A DNA stretch of 64,000 nucleotides from NCBI RefSeq assembly GCF_009914755.1, contig NC_060935.1; one strand, given 5' to 3'. The position numbers and the translations under genes are program-made. The notes beneath the pieces are model-generated. The model was not told where the DNA came from. It saw only the letters and a program-made list of their open reading frames with translations, and did no database searches. Positions within the stretch are counted from its first letter, which is position 1. The number at the start of each line of letters is the position of its first letter. This document shows positions 31,797 to 44,359 of this stretch, piece by piece. Origin of the DNA: the human T2T-CHM13v2.0 reference genome, Homo sapiens.

Positions 31797-31875
31797 TTAG
31801 GTTGATGCAAAAGTAATTTTGGTTTTGCAATTAAAAGTCATGGCAAAAGCAGAAATTACGTTTGCACAGACCTAA
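31797..31875. mobile_element. MADE1 (Hsmar1 MITE)
   Basis: 79-bp near-palindrome ttaggttgatgcaaaagtaatt...aattacgtttgcacagacctaa with TA TSDs. Confidence 0.9.
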
Positions 31876-32731
31876 TACTTCATTTAGTAGGGTCGTCAAA
31901 TCTTAACCCTACAACAAATTACATTTATATCTTTGTGATTACTCTTTGTATAACTATTCAGTTGCTCTACATCTTATAATTACTAAAACCTCCTAATCCT
32001 CAGTAAGTCCTTCCTGGAACCCCTTAAATCACAGTCTGTAACCACACTCCCCCTCGCCCTTTCATCTCTACCCCAACTTTTGGGGTTCATACCACAGCTG
32101 TGCTCGGCTTGTTTCTTTATATGTGTTTGCATGAAGATACCTGCCTCCATGTGAATTCTACCTAATTAGAGCTATGAGATTTTCCTCAAATATGTAAATT
32201 CTGTAATTATTTCAGAGTTGACATATGGATGCACTTTCCCATATGTTTACTATATTGTTGATATTCATGGGACTAAATGTTTTCAGTAACCCCTTAGATG
32301 AAAAATTTCAAAATGGATCTGACAAAGAAAAATTGTTCATAACAAATATGAAGCTACAGGTATCTAATGAGTATGAAGCGCTTATGATTGGAGCCTCCAG
32401 CCCCAGCAATCATGCAGGCAGGTCATCCACATTTTACCGAGGGCCTGTTCCTTCAGGTGCTTATTCCAGCTCAGAGGAAATCACTCATTGGGGTAATTGC
32501 CTCCATTCAAGTGGAGGCTGGAGGCTGGCAGACACTTTGTGTTGAGAGAGTGCATCTGCCTCAGGAGGCTCCTCAGGCTGGCCAAGGCGGGATCCTTTGG
32601 AAGAGATGGCAGCTTCCAGAGGGGCCTCTGTGTGGGTCTTCTGATGTGCAGAAAGAGGTCTCTGTAGCCATTCTGCCAATTCCCATTCTGAAAAAAGCTC
32701 TCATTGTCAAGATTCATCTTCATGGTACCAA

Positions 32732-33379
32732 AAAGAGGTGGAAATTTGTGGCTATGCTCATGGCCGTTGGTGGCATTGAAGAGGGAGAAATTTGTGGCTA
32801 TGCTCACGGCCGCTGGTGGCATTGAAGAGGTGGAAATTGGTGGCTATGCTCACGGCCGCTGGTGGCATTGAAGAGGGAGAAATTGGTGGCTATGCTCACG
32901 GCCGCTGGTGGCATTGAAGAGGGAGAAATTGGTGGCTATGCTCACGGCCGCTGGTGACATTGAAGAGGGAGAAATTTGTGGCTATGCTCACGGCCGCTGG
33001 TGGCATTGAAGAGGGAGAAATTGGTGGCTATGCTCACGGCCGCTGGTGGCATTGAAGAGGGAGAAATTTGTGGCTATGCTCATGGCTGTTGGTGGCATTG
33101 AAGAGGGAGAAATTGGTGGCTATGCTCACGGCCGCTGGTGACATTGAAGAGGGAGAAATTGGTGGCTATGCTCACGGCCGCTGGTGGCATTGAAGAGGGA
33201 GAAATTGGTGGCTATGCTCACGGCCGCTGGTGGCATTGAAGAGGGAGAAATTGGTGGCTATGCTCATGGCTGTTGGTGGCATTGAAGAGGGAGAAATTGG
33301 TGGCTATGCTCACGGCCGCTGGTGGCATTGAAGAGGTGGAAATTGGTGGCTATGCTCATGGCCATTGGTGGCATTGAAG
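32732..33379. repeat. 46-bp VNTR, about 14 copies
   Basis: Unit gaagagggagaaattggtggctatgctcacggccgctggtggcatt, period 46, near-identical copies. Confidence 0.97.
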
Positions 33380-35457
33380 CATGGAGCCAGCGCAGGTGGC
33401 TTTTGGCACTGGCTGGTGCACTCTACATGGACCTGAGGGCAGCACAGGTGCGGGCCACAAGTGTGCAGGTGCTGTAATAAAAACATTACAGAAAGATGGT
33501 GGGGGGTAGAGGACTTATTGAGAAATGTCTGCTCCCAGCTCAGCTTTCCTCAGAGCTGCCTGGAGTTGGTGCTCCTAGGGGCAGCTGGCTCAGTGGGGAA
33601 AAGGCTATGACAAACGCTGAGCCTCTGTGTGGCTCTTCGCTGGCTCCACAGCTGCTGCTGGGCCCCATTCTATTCCCTATCATGAGACGTTGGCCACCTC
33701 ATGGGGATATCTTCCTGTCTATCTGCTCACAAGGCACCACTGGCAGCCACTAGGCACACAGTGACTATATCTAGAATGAATGAGCACAACCTCCACCCAT
33801 GGCTTGATGCAGGATGTTCCCCCGCCCCAGAAGGCCCCCTCGGGCCCCTCCCAGTCAACACTACCCAATGGCTAACCCTGCTTCTGTGGCCAGCAAGGCA
33901 GTATCTGCCTGGGTTTGAACAGTGTATGAGGAGTCACACCCGGTACACCCTGGGGTGTGGGCTGGTCCTCCAGGAAGCAGATGCCCAGACAGATAGGACT
34001 GCGAATGTTTATTAAGGGAAACACTATGGAAATGAGAGGGAGAGGAGGCAGCACCGGGCACGGAGCACAAAACACGTTGGATACTCTTCCAAGATATCAC
34101 GGCTCAGGAGAGTCTTCCAACGGTCCTGTAAGGTAACAGGATTCTGGTCTATTTCCATGTGATCTTCTTTTGCCCAACATACATTTTGTCTTCTATAAAA
34201 TATCTGTGCCCCTGCTGAATGCATCTGTGGGTGGCTGCATCTGTGTCTGTATGTCATGGAGAATAATTATCGACAGATCACAGATACAGATCTCAGAGGT
34301 GAACTGTGTATGCATTCCCGTAATTTCCTCATCTCGTAAGGATCTGAATTTTAATCTTGGATATAGGCGCTTTCCCTTATCTTTTATAACAGAGGTTGGA
34401 AATCCCAGGCCTGAGCTGTTACACCCTAAGGTTTATTTAATGAACTTCGGTGAATATCTTTTGCTGATCTTCTGAGTGGGAATATTTTCATTTAACCAGC
34501 GAGAGGGGTGAGGGTCTAACACCTACCAGCTGTTTTGCAAGATGCTTTCTTTATAGGCTTGGTCTCTTAGTGCTCACAAAGACCTCATAACCACATCATT
34601 CCTGGCTCATTTATAAGGAAGCTGGGGCTCTGAGTCCCACTGAGAGTTGGTGTCTGGGCTCAGGCAGCAGGGACACAGGGAAGGGCGAGGAGTTTGCACG
34701 CCAAGCATGGGAGATGCAAAGCTGGGCGTCGCGGAAGGAGAGGGTGCTGGGGATGAGACGATGCCAGAGCAGCTCAGCATGGGCCTTGATTTCCCCACCA
34801 GAGGTGGCCTCATTCTGAAGGCCAAGGCCACAGCTCCACTGCACCTGACCCATCCTCACTGTTAGTCTCCTTGGGCCTAAAAACTCAGGGAGACAGGGCC
34901 CCCTGACAACGAAGTGAAATTTCCCAGACCTTGAGGCATTTACTCACCCTGATTCAAAGCCTTCACACATCCGGGGAAAGATTCATCTTTCCTACAGGTA
35001 ACGGACTAAAGGCTGTAGTGCAACAAGTAAGTGCTGGGGGCAGTAATTGCCTGTGCGCACGGTGCATCTGAGCTCTCCCACGGGGGCTCTGTGTGGCACT
35101 CATGCAGCCTCCACACCCCTGCTCACAGTGCTTGCTCGGCCAGAAGCAGCCTTCCAGCTCCACCTGAGTGCAACAAAGCCCCATGTGACACCTCCCTGCT
35201 TCATCCTTCTCTTCCACAGCCTCCTGTTTATTCCCAAGAGATTCTGTCTCTGCCTTCTGCACCCTGGGTCCCTTCACCTGTGCTTCCATTAGGAGTGGTC
35301 AGAGGCTCTGTGCCCTTCTGTGTGGGTCTCTCTCCTGCAGGACACAGGATACCCTGCAAGTCAGGGATGGGTCTCATCCCTCACAGAGCTGGTCCTATGG
35401 CCCAGGTTCCATACACGCCTGCAGAACTGGTATTTCTGGATTCTATAAGCAATCTCT

Positions 35458-35759
35458 GGCTGGGCACAGTGGCTCATGCCTGTAATCTCAGCACTTTGAG
35501 AGGCCAAAGTGGGCAGATGGCATGAGTCTAGGAGTTCGAGACCAGCCTGAGCAACATGGTGAAGCATGGTCTCCACAAAATTAAAAAGAAAAAAATTAGC
35601 CAGTCATGGTGGCGCAGGCCTGTAGTACCAGCTACTCCAGAAGCTTAGATGGGAGGATCACCAGAGCACTGGAGGCGGAGGTTGCAGTGAATCAGGGTTG
35701 CACCACTGGACTCCAGCCTGGGTGATAGAGCGAGACTTTGTCCCCCTAAAATAAAAAAT
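35458..35759 (+). mobile_element. AluJ
   Basis: Diverged Alu dimer with J-type gggaggatca right arm. Confidence 0.9.
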
Positions 35760-35984
35760 ACTATTTCCTCATCTACAAGAGAACCCTGCTGCCAAGGTCA
35801 TGATGAGGAACTAATGCAACCGAGAGTGTATCCTCGGAAACTTGAGAAAAGTGACCACATCTTCAGCCAGTGTTACCATGGTGCTACAGAGCCCTGCAGT
35901 ACCATCTGTGACATTTCCATTCACCTAAACAAAGGAAACAGGAATCCATTTCACAAGTCAGTTTCTACTGTTCAGAAAAACAAA

Positions 35985-37139
35985 CCAAATGGTGCATGTG
36001 GAGGTGGTGGTCAAGGTCGCAGTGGCCACATGGGTATAGGAAGTGGCTGAGGTCCCAGAGGACACTCAGGTGAAGGACTCGGTTGAGATAGCAGAGGCCA
36101 GCCAAGTGGAGGAGGTCGCTGATGTACTAGAGGAGACCTGGGTGGAGAAGGTGGCTGAAGTCCCAAGGCCACGAGTGGAGACTATTGAAGTACCAGAGGA
36201 GACTCATGTGAAAGTGGTAGGGGAGGGGCCAGAGGCCACCCAGGTAGGGGAGGTGGCTGAGGCTCCACAGGCTACTAAGTGGAGGAGTAGGCTGAGGTCC
36301 CACAGGCCACACAGCAGAAGAAGGTTGATGAGGTCCCAGAGGACTAACAGCTGCAGGAGGTGGATGAGGTCTCAGAAGACAGGCAGCTGCAGGAGGTGGA
36401 TGAGGTCCCAGAGGACAGGCAGCTGCAGGAGGTGGATGAGGTCTCAGAGGACAAAGAGCTTCGGGAAGTGGTCGAGGTCCCAGAGGACAGAGAGTTGTAG
36501 GAGATAGTTGAGGTCCCAGAGGACACTCCAGTGGAGGAGGTGGTTCAGTTCCCAGAGGGCAGTCGAGTGGAGGAGGTTGATGAGGTCCCAGAGGGCACTT
36601 GAGTGCAGGAGGTGGTTGAGGTCCCAGAGGAAACTTTAATAAGAAGGTTGTTGAGGTTCCAGAGGACACTCAACTGGAGGAGGTGGTTGAGGTCCCAGAG
36701 GACACTCAACTGGAGGAGGTGGTTGAGGTCCCAGAGGACACTTGAGTGGAGGTGGTTGAGGTCCCAGAGGACACTCAAGTGCAGTAGGTAGTTGAAGTCC
36801 CAGAGGACACTAGAGTGGAGGAGATGATTGAAGTTCCAGGGGACACTCGAGTGGAGGACATTGCTGAGGTCCATTAGGAAACTTGAGTGGAGGAGGTATC
36901 TGAGTTCTCAGTAAAACTTCAGCTGGAGAAGGTGTTTCAGGTCCCAGAGGATGTTCGAGTGGAGGATGTATCAGAGGTCCCAGAAAACCTTCAGTTGCAG
37001 AGAGTGGTTGAGGTCCCAGAGGACACGGAGGTGGAGGGGGTGGCTGGCAGCCCATCAATGGTCCGGAAGGGCCAGCCATGAGGTAGGGCAAGTAGGGCGA
37101 TTCTGACAGAGAACGAGGCTCCTGTTCAGCCATGTTGAC
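35985..37139 (-). pseudogene. NPIP-like terminal exon with 36-bp Pro/Cys repeat
   Basis: Acceptor tttcttcctctgccttgcag|; VNMAEQEPRSLSESPYLPYLMAGPSGPLMGCQPPPP vs NPIP [36 protein letters not shown]; first stop at 36810-36812. Confidence 0.85.
36013..37046. repeat. Degenerate 36-bp tandem repeat (~28 units)
   Basis: gaggtcccagaggacact anchors spaced 36 bp apart, except one 30, one 33 and two 35. Confidence 0.95.
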
Positions 37140-39150
37140 CTGCAAGGCAGAGGAAGAAATGTTTTGAAACATACTAATATGAGGGACAAAACACCAAGAC
37201 CAACACAAGCTGCACCTCATGCTGCAGGTGATGGTCTCTTGCACCTTCCCCTTCTTCAGGTTCCTCAACAGCAGCATCAGTGCCATAAAGTCTCCCTTCC
37301 ACTGAGTCCTGCTAACAGCAGAGGAGTGAAAAAAACTCATGGGACAAACTGCTGTCCCCACACGTCACTGTGTCTGTCTGCAAATGTAGGAAGGATGGGG
37401 ACCTGTCCCAGGGAAGACAGAGTCATTCCGCAGTGATAAAGCAGCATGTTTCTGACACAGGGGTGTCTGTGCCTATCCTCATTCCTCCCTCACCACCATC
37501 ACCGGAGCATGCTCCTTGCATCAGATAAACAGAAAGAGAGGAATGGAAAGCCCATTGCTCACACATGAGTCACAGCTATTCTTAAGAGAATGTTCTCCAG
37601 GCCTTTCATGTCCTATCACTGATTCTCAGAACTCTGCAAGGTCAGTGTGACCACCCTGCTCCAAACCTAAGAAAATGGAGGCTCCCAAAGGAAGGAGAAA
37701 ATTCACCCAGCGTCACACAGCTTGCAAGAGGCAGAGAGGAAGCCGATTCCAGCTCTGCCTGCAGGACCCTCTCATCCCCCCTCCGCTTCCCTTCTTGACA
37801 AAGGGTCTTCTCCACTCTGGAGGTGCCACCTGTGGGCACAAAGGTCTCTGGGGAGATGTGGATTCCTGAAGACCTGCAGGGGAATTGGGAGAGGGTTTTC
37901 TCACAGGATGATCCTATGTAGAGAGGTGAGTTTGGCACAGCTATCATATTGCTTTTAACTCTCAGGCAATACCAAATTTTAAGTACACTATGACATAAAA
38001 AATAAGTTTGTCCATGGAAAAATGAGGGGGGATTTCTAAACAACAGAAGTTTTAAAAATGTGTTTGATTTCAAGTGTACAAGTCCCATCATGTGTGATCA
38101 GAGGACGCAGCAGCTGTCGAAACTACAGAGGCCACATGAGAATCAGCTTCACTGAGCATCACTGAAGGTCTTCATTGGGAACTGTCCTTGTAGGCAATGA
38201 GGGACGTTCACTCTTCACTACCTCACAGCCAGGGCACATTTTCTATTGCAAATATAGAACCTCTGACACCTAGAATATGAGATCAAGGGCACCACTGGGT
38301 GGTGGTGGGGGCGATTTTGCACAACGCAGCTACCAACAGAGCTGGGACTACAATGAATTATGGAATTGGCTTTTTCGAAGAGTATTCAAAATTGCACATA
38401 CTAATGTTGGATTAATGAGTTTTCAGTTTTTTTTTACTTCTGGGATTACAGCAGATATTCTAAAGGTTAATCACCTACCTTATGGCAGAAGAGAGATAAA
38501 CTCACGCAAAAAAGAACACCCTACATATTTTGGAAAGCGGACCCCAGCATATTGGAGTAAAATGGGTCAGTCAGGGTCCCCTGGGTCATGAGACCTACAG
38601 CAGTGGAGGTCGGTGGCATCTCCTCGTGTTACTTCTGCAAACAGAACAGTGAAAGCCCTTCAGCCCTCGGGCCCTGAGCATTCATGGCTTCTGCAGGTGC
38701 CACCAAAGATGACTAGCTGGGAATGGAGAAGCCTGGAAGCTCATAAGGACGATTTTGCTTTTGAAAAACAGAAAAGGCACCCCAGAACCCACAGAGCAGA
38801 GGCCAGGCCAGGAGAGGGCGCTGTCGGAAAAGACAAAAGTGTCCTGAAATAGAGTGAAAATGACTCCAGCATTTACCTTTTATCCATTTCTGACAAAGGG
38901 CACAAAGGTAAAAAAGATGTTTGACCGAAAGCTCCGTTGGCGTCCTGTTAGACAAACACCAATCTATCTAATTTCCGTAATGTAAATGGTAGATATCTTC
39001 ATAATTCTTACGCTAATAAATCACTTCCCTGATTTTTTTTTTTTGTAAAACCCAATATTTCTAATGAAGTCCAGAACCATGAATTGTTCTAAATAATTTC
39101 TTCTCACTTATGATTACAAGTATACCTCTACAGGAAGTGAGTATACTCAC

Positions 39151-39283
39151 ACCAAGGCTAGTTTTCCGGAAGAAAAATGCCAAGTGAACAAATTCCCAGC
39201 GAAACAACAATAATAACAAGCATCCAGGGAATTCCAGGAAAGTCAGGCCCAGGACGAAAATGGTCAGGCAGAACATCGATGAC
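39151..39283 (-). pseudogene. NPIP-like exon 2 (hydrophobic segment), damaged
   Basis: VIDVLPDHFRPGPDFPGIPWMLVIIVVSLGICSLGIFL vs NPIP [28 protein letters not shown]; acceptor is CGG not CAG; 133 nt (frameshift); donor GTGAGT. Confidence 0.85.
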
Positions 39284-39522
39284 CCGGAATAATAATAGTT
39301 GAAATAATGAGAAGGCTCAATGACATTGACAATATTTCAGTCACAAAGACTCATCCTTAGAAACCCTCAACCTCCTCCAAGAAGTAACCGCGCCCGTCAG
39401 ATATCACCAGCGAATTCCACTGCTTCAAGAAGGATTGGAAGTTGACAGTCTCATGTTTCTTGCGTGGCTGGTAGTGTTTTTAAGCATTGCAAATATGGGG
39501 TGTCTTTTTTCTTGGTCTAAAG

Positions 39523-39745
39523 CAGGGAGGTCCAATCTTTTGGCTTCACTGGGCTACATTAAAAGAAGGAGAGTTGTCTTGAGCCGCACATAAAATACAC
39601 TAACGCTAGAACTAGCTGATGAGCTAAAAAAAAATTACAAAAAACTCTCATAATGTTTGGAGAAAGTTTACAAATTTGTGTTGGGCCACATTCAAAGCTG
39701 TTCTGGGCTGCATGCGGCCTGTCACCTGTGGGTTGGACAAGCTAG
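39523..39745 (+). mobile_element. MER30 hAT MITE
   Basis: caggg...tccaatcttttggcttc...gttggacaagctag; 8-bp TSD gt(c/a)taaag. Confidence 0.9.
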
Positions 39746-40229
39746 GTATAAAGTAATTATCATTTTTTAAGTTACTTACTTTTTAAATTGACATATAACA
39801 TTGGGTGTATTTATCATGTATCACATGATAAAAGAATCCCTGTGAATCACATTTCTCTCTTGGATTATGAATGAATGAATCTCTGCCATTTAAAGATCAC
39901 CATAAGTCAAAAAACTGCAATAAAGAGATGACTTCATTCAGAAATAAGTTATCAAATTTTAGTGCTTAATAATAACCAAAGTGGAGATCATGAATATGGC
40001 ATGAATAGTGTGGGAATTCTCTAAGATTCTTGATATTAATTCTATTAGACTCTTATGTGAATGAAGACAAAGACTTCCCTTGAGTAAGTTCAGATGGCTT
40101 CTGATAACATTCCTACATAGATTCCTCAGGATTTAACTGTATGTTCTTGAAAACATCTTAATTTTAAGTGCTTCTTTCAAGATGGTGAATTAAATAGAGA
40201 TAGGCATTCAACAGGTTGGACTCAGCATA

Positions 40230-40790
40230 TGTTGAGTCCAAAATGGAAAGGACTGAGTTAGAGATCTGTGCAACAATGGGAATGATTTCAAAAAACATCG
40301 TGCTGAGCAGAATCAGGCAGACACAAAGGAGTATCTATGGCATGGCATGCATCTATATACGTGAAATTCCAGAAGAAGCAAAATCAGCCTATGATGAGAA
40401 AGGGGTTGGCTGGGAAGAGGGAGAGTTCACTTTCTGGGGGTGATGTAATATTGCAGATCTTGAAAGGGGCTTTGGATATGCGGTGTGTGTACTTTCCAAA
40501 GTTAGCAATGTTACACTTAAGATTTGTATAGGTTGTTCTGTGTAATTCTTGTTTAGAAGAAAATTTTACAAAGAAATATTGAATTCTAGTTAATGTTAGT
40601 TTTGCTAAACTACTCCTCGGAAGTATGTTGATGTCTCCAATTCAGTTGGAAATACATCTAAAATAAGATGGGCTGATGGATGGATAGAGGGATGCAAAGA
40701 TGGATAGATATGTGTTAAGTCATGTTCATTAAAATGTTAACATATCAATGCTGTATTTATAAACATTTTTATAATAAAATGTTGATGGTA
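40230..40790 (+). mobile_element. Old L1M (L1ME/MC-like) 3' fragments
   Basis: caacaatgggaatgatttcaaaaaacatcgtgctgag...cagacacaaaggag...cacttaagatttgta. Confidence 0.6.
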
Positions 40791-43278
40791 ATTGCCAAAA
40801 CCACTTGTATCATATCAGTAATTTTTTTCCCTTTAAACAAGAGTTCCAAAATAATTATTTATGTTCTATATGTTTGAACAATTTTACACACAATATCAAT
40901 TGGACTTTTTTATGTCAATTGATCTCGGCATTGTAAAATGCAAGGATACACAGGGAAAGCATGTAGAAGAAAATGCAAGGATACACAAGAAAGCATGCTG
41001 CTTTCTTGGTTTTCGTTTTCAGGACAAAAACCAAATGGGAAAAACAAGCCTTCTATCTCTTTCCAAGGGAGAGGATAGACACACTCTCATATGTCCATAC
41101 AAACGAATTTTTCTCAGCAATAAAACAAAGACAAACTATTAATATTTAAAACAATATGAATCAATGTGAACATGATTCTCCTGACTTTACAGGATTCAGA
41201 ACAACAAGAATACATCTCCTATATGACTCCATTACATGAAATGGCAGTACAGGGGGAAGACAGTAGGATGGAGGGAGAAGGACAGATGGATTCAAGAGGA
41301 GGAGGAGAAAACTTTGAAGAGGGAGGAATGTGTTTATTATCTTGAATCTGGAATGTGGTGATGCTTTCATTGCTGTATCCATATATAAAAGTCAGCAAAT
41401 TGTATTCTTTACAAAGAGGCCATTAATATACAGAAGTTTACATCACTTAAAGAGTAGGAAGGAAATTTGAGACACAAACTATTAGTTTTTATTGATCTGA
41501 CAAACATTGCAAATATTTAAAAAAATTATAGAACTTTACCTAGAAATTTATAATTCAATTTAAAATGGAGATAAGAAAATACAAATTCACAATGGTCAGG
41601 AAGCCAAGGTCTGCTTTTATATATTTAAAAATTTGTATTATATTCTTTGAAATATATCCAAAAATATGTCCACACTGTATGGAAAAATGAGAAAAAATAT
41701 AAGAAAAAAGTCTTAAAAGTTACAGATGAAAATATTACACAAAGATACATTTACATATACATAAAACTGAGAGTGGACAGCTGTTATAATAAGAATACCT
41801 AGGTTACATTCCAAGAAAAATAATCACAGATTGTTGTTTAGCCAGTTTCTATAAACATTAACTTTTGAAAACCAATATTCACCTCTGCCGAAACGGGGAA
41901 CTTCATGTCAGATTTTCAAAGTCCATACAGATTTGCATAACATAGTCTCCTTGGAATTATGATTGAAACTGTGAGAATTGAGGTCAGTTAAAAACACGAT
42001 ACCAAGTAACCACTAAAAAGAGTTCACCTTCATATTTTAGAGCATTGCACCTGAAGCACTCAGGAGCACCCTTGGAAATCCACATGGAAGGCAATACAAA
42101 CTTCCTGGAATGTATGGCCACCACCACACAAGGCACACATATTATTTTACAAACACTGGATTTACAAGTATTGGGGGAGAAAATAAATTCAAAATGCAAC
42201 TAAGACCAATCCACATACCAAGACTCAGTTTTGTGCAAATCAAACCTCTCTAGAAAGCAGCCTCTGAGCTCTGTGGCACTTTTGTCTTCAGCCTCACAGC
42301 GGAGGTGAGTGCAGCCTGGGCTCCTGGGAGAGATGCACTGTCGCTGAGTAGCCTCCATCTGAAAGGAGGCAGGAGCTCTGGGCACAATGGTTAATTAAAG
42401 ATGTGGATCAAATGCACAAGAAGGACAAAGGTCATCTTGTCACTGACCAGGAAAACATCCTCCGTCTTGGGCACTCTTGTCACATCTGACAATTATCTGG
42501 ATGCAGGTTATCAGTAGCGGGCTCCTACCCAGATTAGGTCCAATGGGGCCAGGAAAAGCTTAGGTTCTGACAGTCGACGGCCATGAGCAAGGGTGGACGT
42601 GGAAAATGCAATGAGGAAAATGTATCCAAGTCTTCAAAGGTGAGGTAGGGAAAGAGAGTGTAACTGATCTATGAAAAGGCAGCCAGATAAAGGCAAGAAC
42701 ATTCCAACCAAGATCATCAAGACACTTCCTCCTTCATAGACTCAAAAGAATCAAGAGACTCTTCTTTGATTGGAGTTGGAGGCACTCATGTGGGGTGAGT
42801 CTGCCTTGACGCAGTGGTTGCTCCCCATCACTGGGCTTCTCCAGCTCCCTCTCTGAGAATCTGGTGCATGCCACTCAGAACAAATACCCTCATCTCTATA
42901 AGATGCCCTCTCCTGAGCATAGTGGAGAGGTTTTATAATGTGAGGGTGAAACCTTTCAAAGTAGAAACCTGTGATTTCTTTCCATTTGGACAATTATAAG
43001 GACTTTAAGACCCTTTCTGCTTTGGGTAAATCAACCATCTGCACAAGACACGTTTTACAGAACAAAGGACAATAGAGTCCTCATTCACATCCTGGTCATG
43101 TCACTCCTGGTGACTCCGCATTGCAAACATCCCAGCAGGGTGCAGTTCTTTTCTCTCCCATCCGATGGGCTTCTGGGGCCCCATCACTCTGATTGGACAC
43201 GGACTCCCTGGAGGCAGCTCCCAAGAGCAGAAGACACAGATGACTCAGAAGTTCCTAGAAAGTCATCAAACCAGATGA

Positions 43279-43580
<302 letters not shown>

Positions 43581-43589
43581 GTGTTATTT

Positions 43590-43920
43590 CATGCCCCGTG
43601 ACAGCCCAACGAAAAGGAAGGAACCCCGCGGGTCCATAGTGTACTCACGTGGCTGGACTGATGGCTGGGAAACCCCAGCACGAGGAACCAAAAGAGCAGC
43701 CACCGCAGCCGCATGTCCTGGTCCTCTCAGGGCGCCCTGAGGTGGCCAGGGCACAGGTGGGGGTGGCTTAGGGCTGGGGGAGGGAAGGGGATAGGGATGG
43801 GGATGGGGATGGGATCGCAGTTGGGGAAGGGAAGGGAGAGGAGAGGAGGGGAGGGGACTGAAGGGGGGCTGTTGGGCACCTGGAGGAGGAGGAGGTGGAG
43901 GAGAAAGGGGTCTGGGAAAG
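43590..43920 (-). promoter_or_regulatory. Candidate promoter/5'UTR of the NPIP-like locus
   Basis: Locally CpG-richer; long G-run tract on + strand (pyrimidine tract on the sense strand) just upstream of the ATG. Confidence 0.4.
43649..43714 (-). CDS. NPIP-like exon 1 coding part, signal-peptide-like MRLRWLLFWFLVLGFPSHQSSH
   Basis: ATG 43714 (G at -3), 66 nt open, donor CAC|GTGAGT; resembles recalled NPIPB MRLRFWLLIWLLLGFISHQPTP. Expression is unknown. Confidence 0.7.
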
Positions 43921-44359
43921 GAACCAGTTCAAACTAAGTCCTCAAGCCCTGGTGGGAGGTTCAGCTACAGGTCAGTGGGACAGTCGATCAGCAGAGCAGC
44001 AGGACGCATGGGGTAGAGTAGCGGGAGGCTCCGGAGCAGTTGGAGGGAGACCAGGGCTCTGGTTTCCACCACACCAGCTCCTGTCTGGGAGCTGCGTCAG
44101 CAACCCTGGGGCTTTATCCTCCCTCTCCACCAATCCCCGGCCCTGGTGGGTGGTGCCTCACAGTGGACATTCCTGGAGGTGCCCGTTTTCTTCCAACATC
44201 CCTCCGCTCCCCGACCTGGGCTGGGCAAAACAGAGACCTCATCTCTACAAAATTTTAAAAGTTAGCCAGGCATGGTGGCATGCAGCTCTGGTCCCAGCTA
44301 CTCAGAAGGCTGAGGTGGGAGGATTACGTCAGCCTCACAAAGGAAGACTCTGCTTGAAA

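Noticed and set aside
32732-33379. CRISPR-like array
   Set aside because: Head-to-tail units with no unique spacers in human DNA; it is a VNTR
36344-36669. Mucin-like Ser/Thr frame (SSGTSTTS) on the minus strand
   Set aside because: Alternative frame of the same repeat, not in frame with the NPIP-like exon start
35989-37081. Plus-strand Glu/Val repeat protein (EVPEDTQLEEVV)n with ATG at 35989
   Set aside because: Multiple stops. It is the antisense shadow of the minus-strand Pro frame, which has NPIP homology and a proper acceptor
37791-37829. Possible NPIP exon 7 equivalent (VAPPEWRRPFVKK)
   Set aside because: Donor is GG not GT, similarity is weak, and the stretch resembles recalled NPIP last-intron sequence
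38877-38944. AG/GT-bounded 68-nt candidate exon
   Set aside because: No NPIP peptide similarity, frame-shifting length, and it resembles NPIP intron 2
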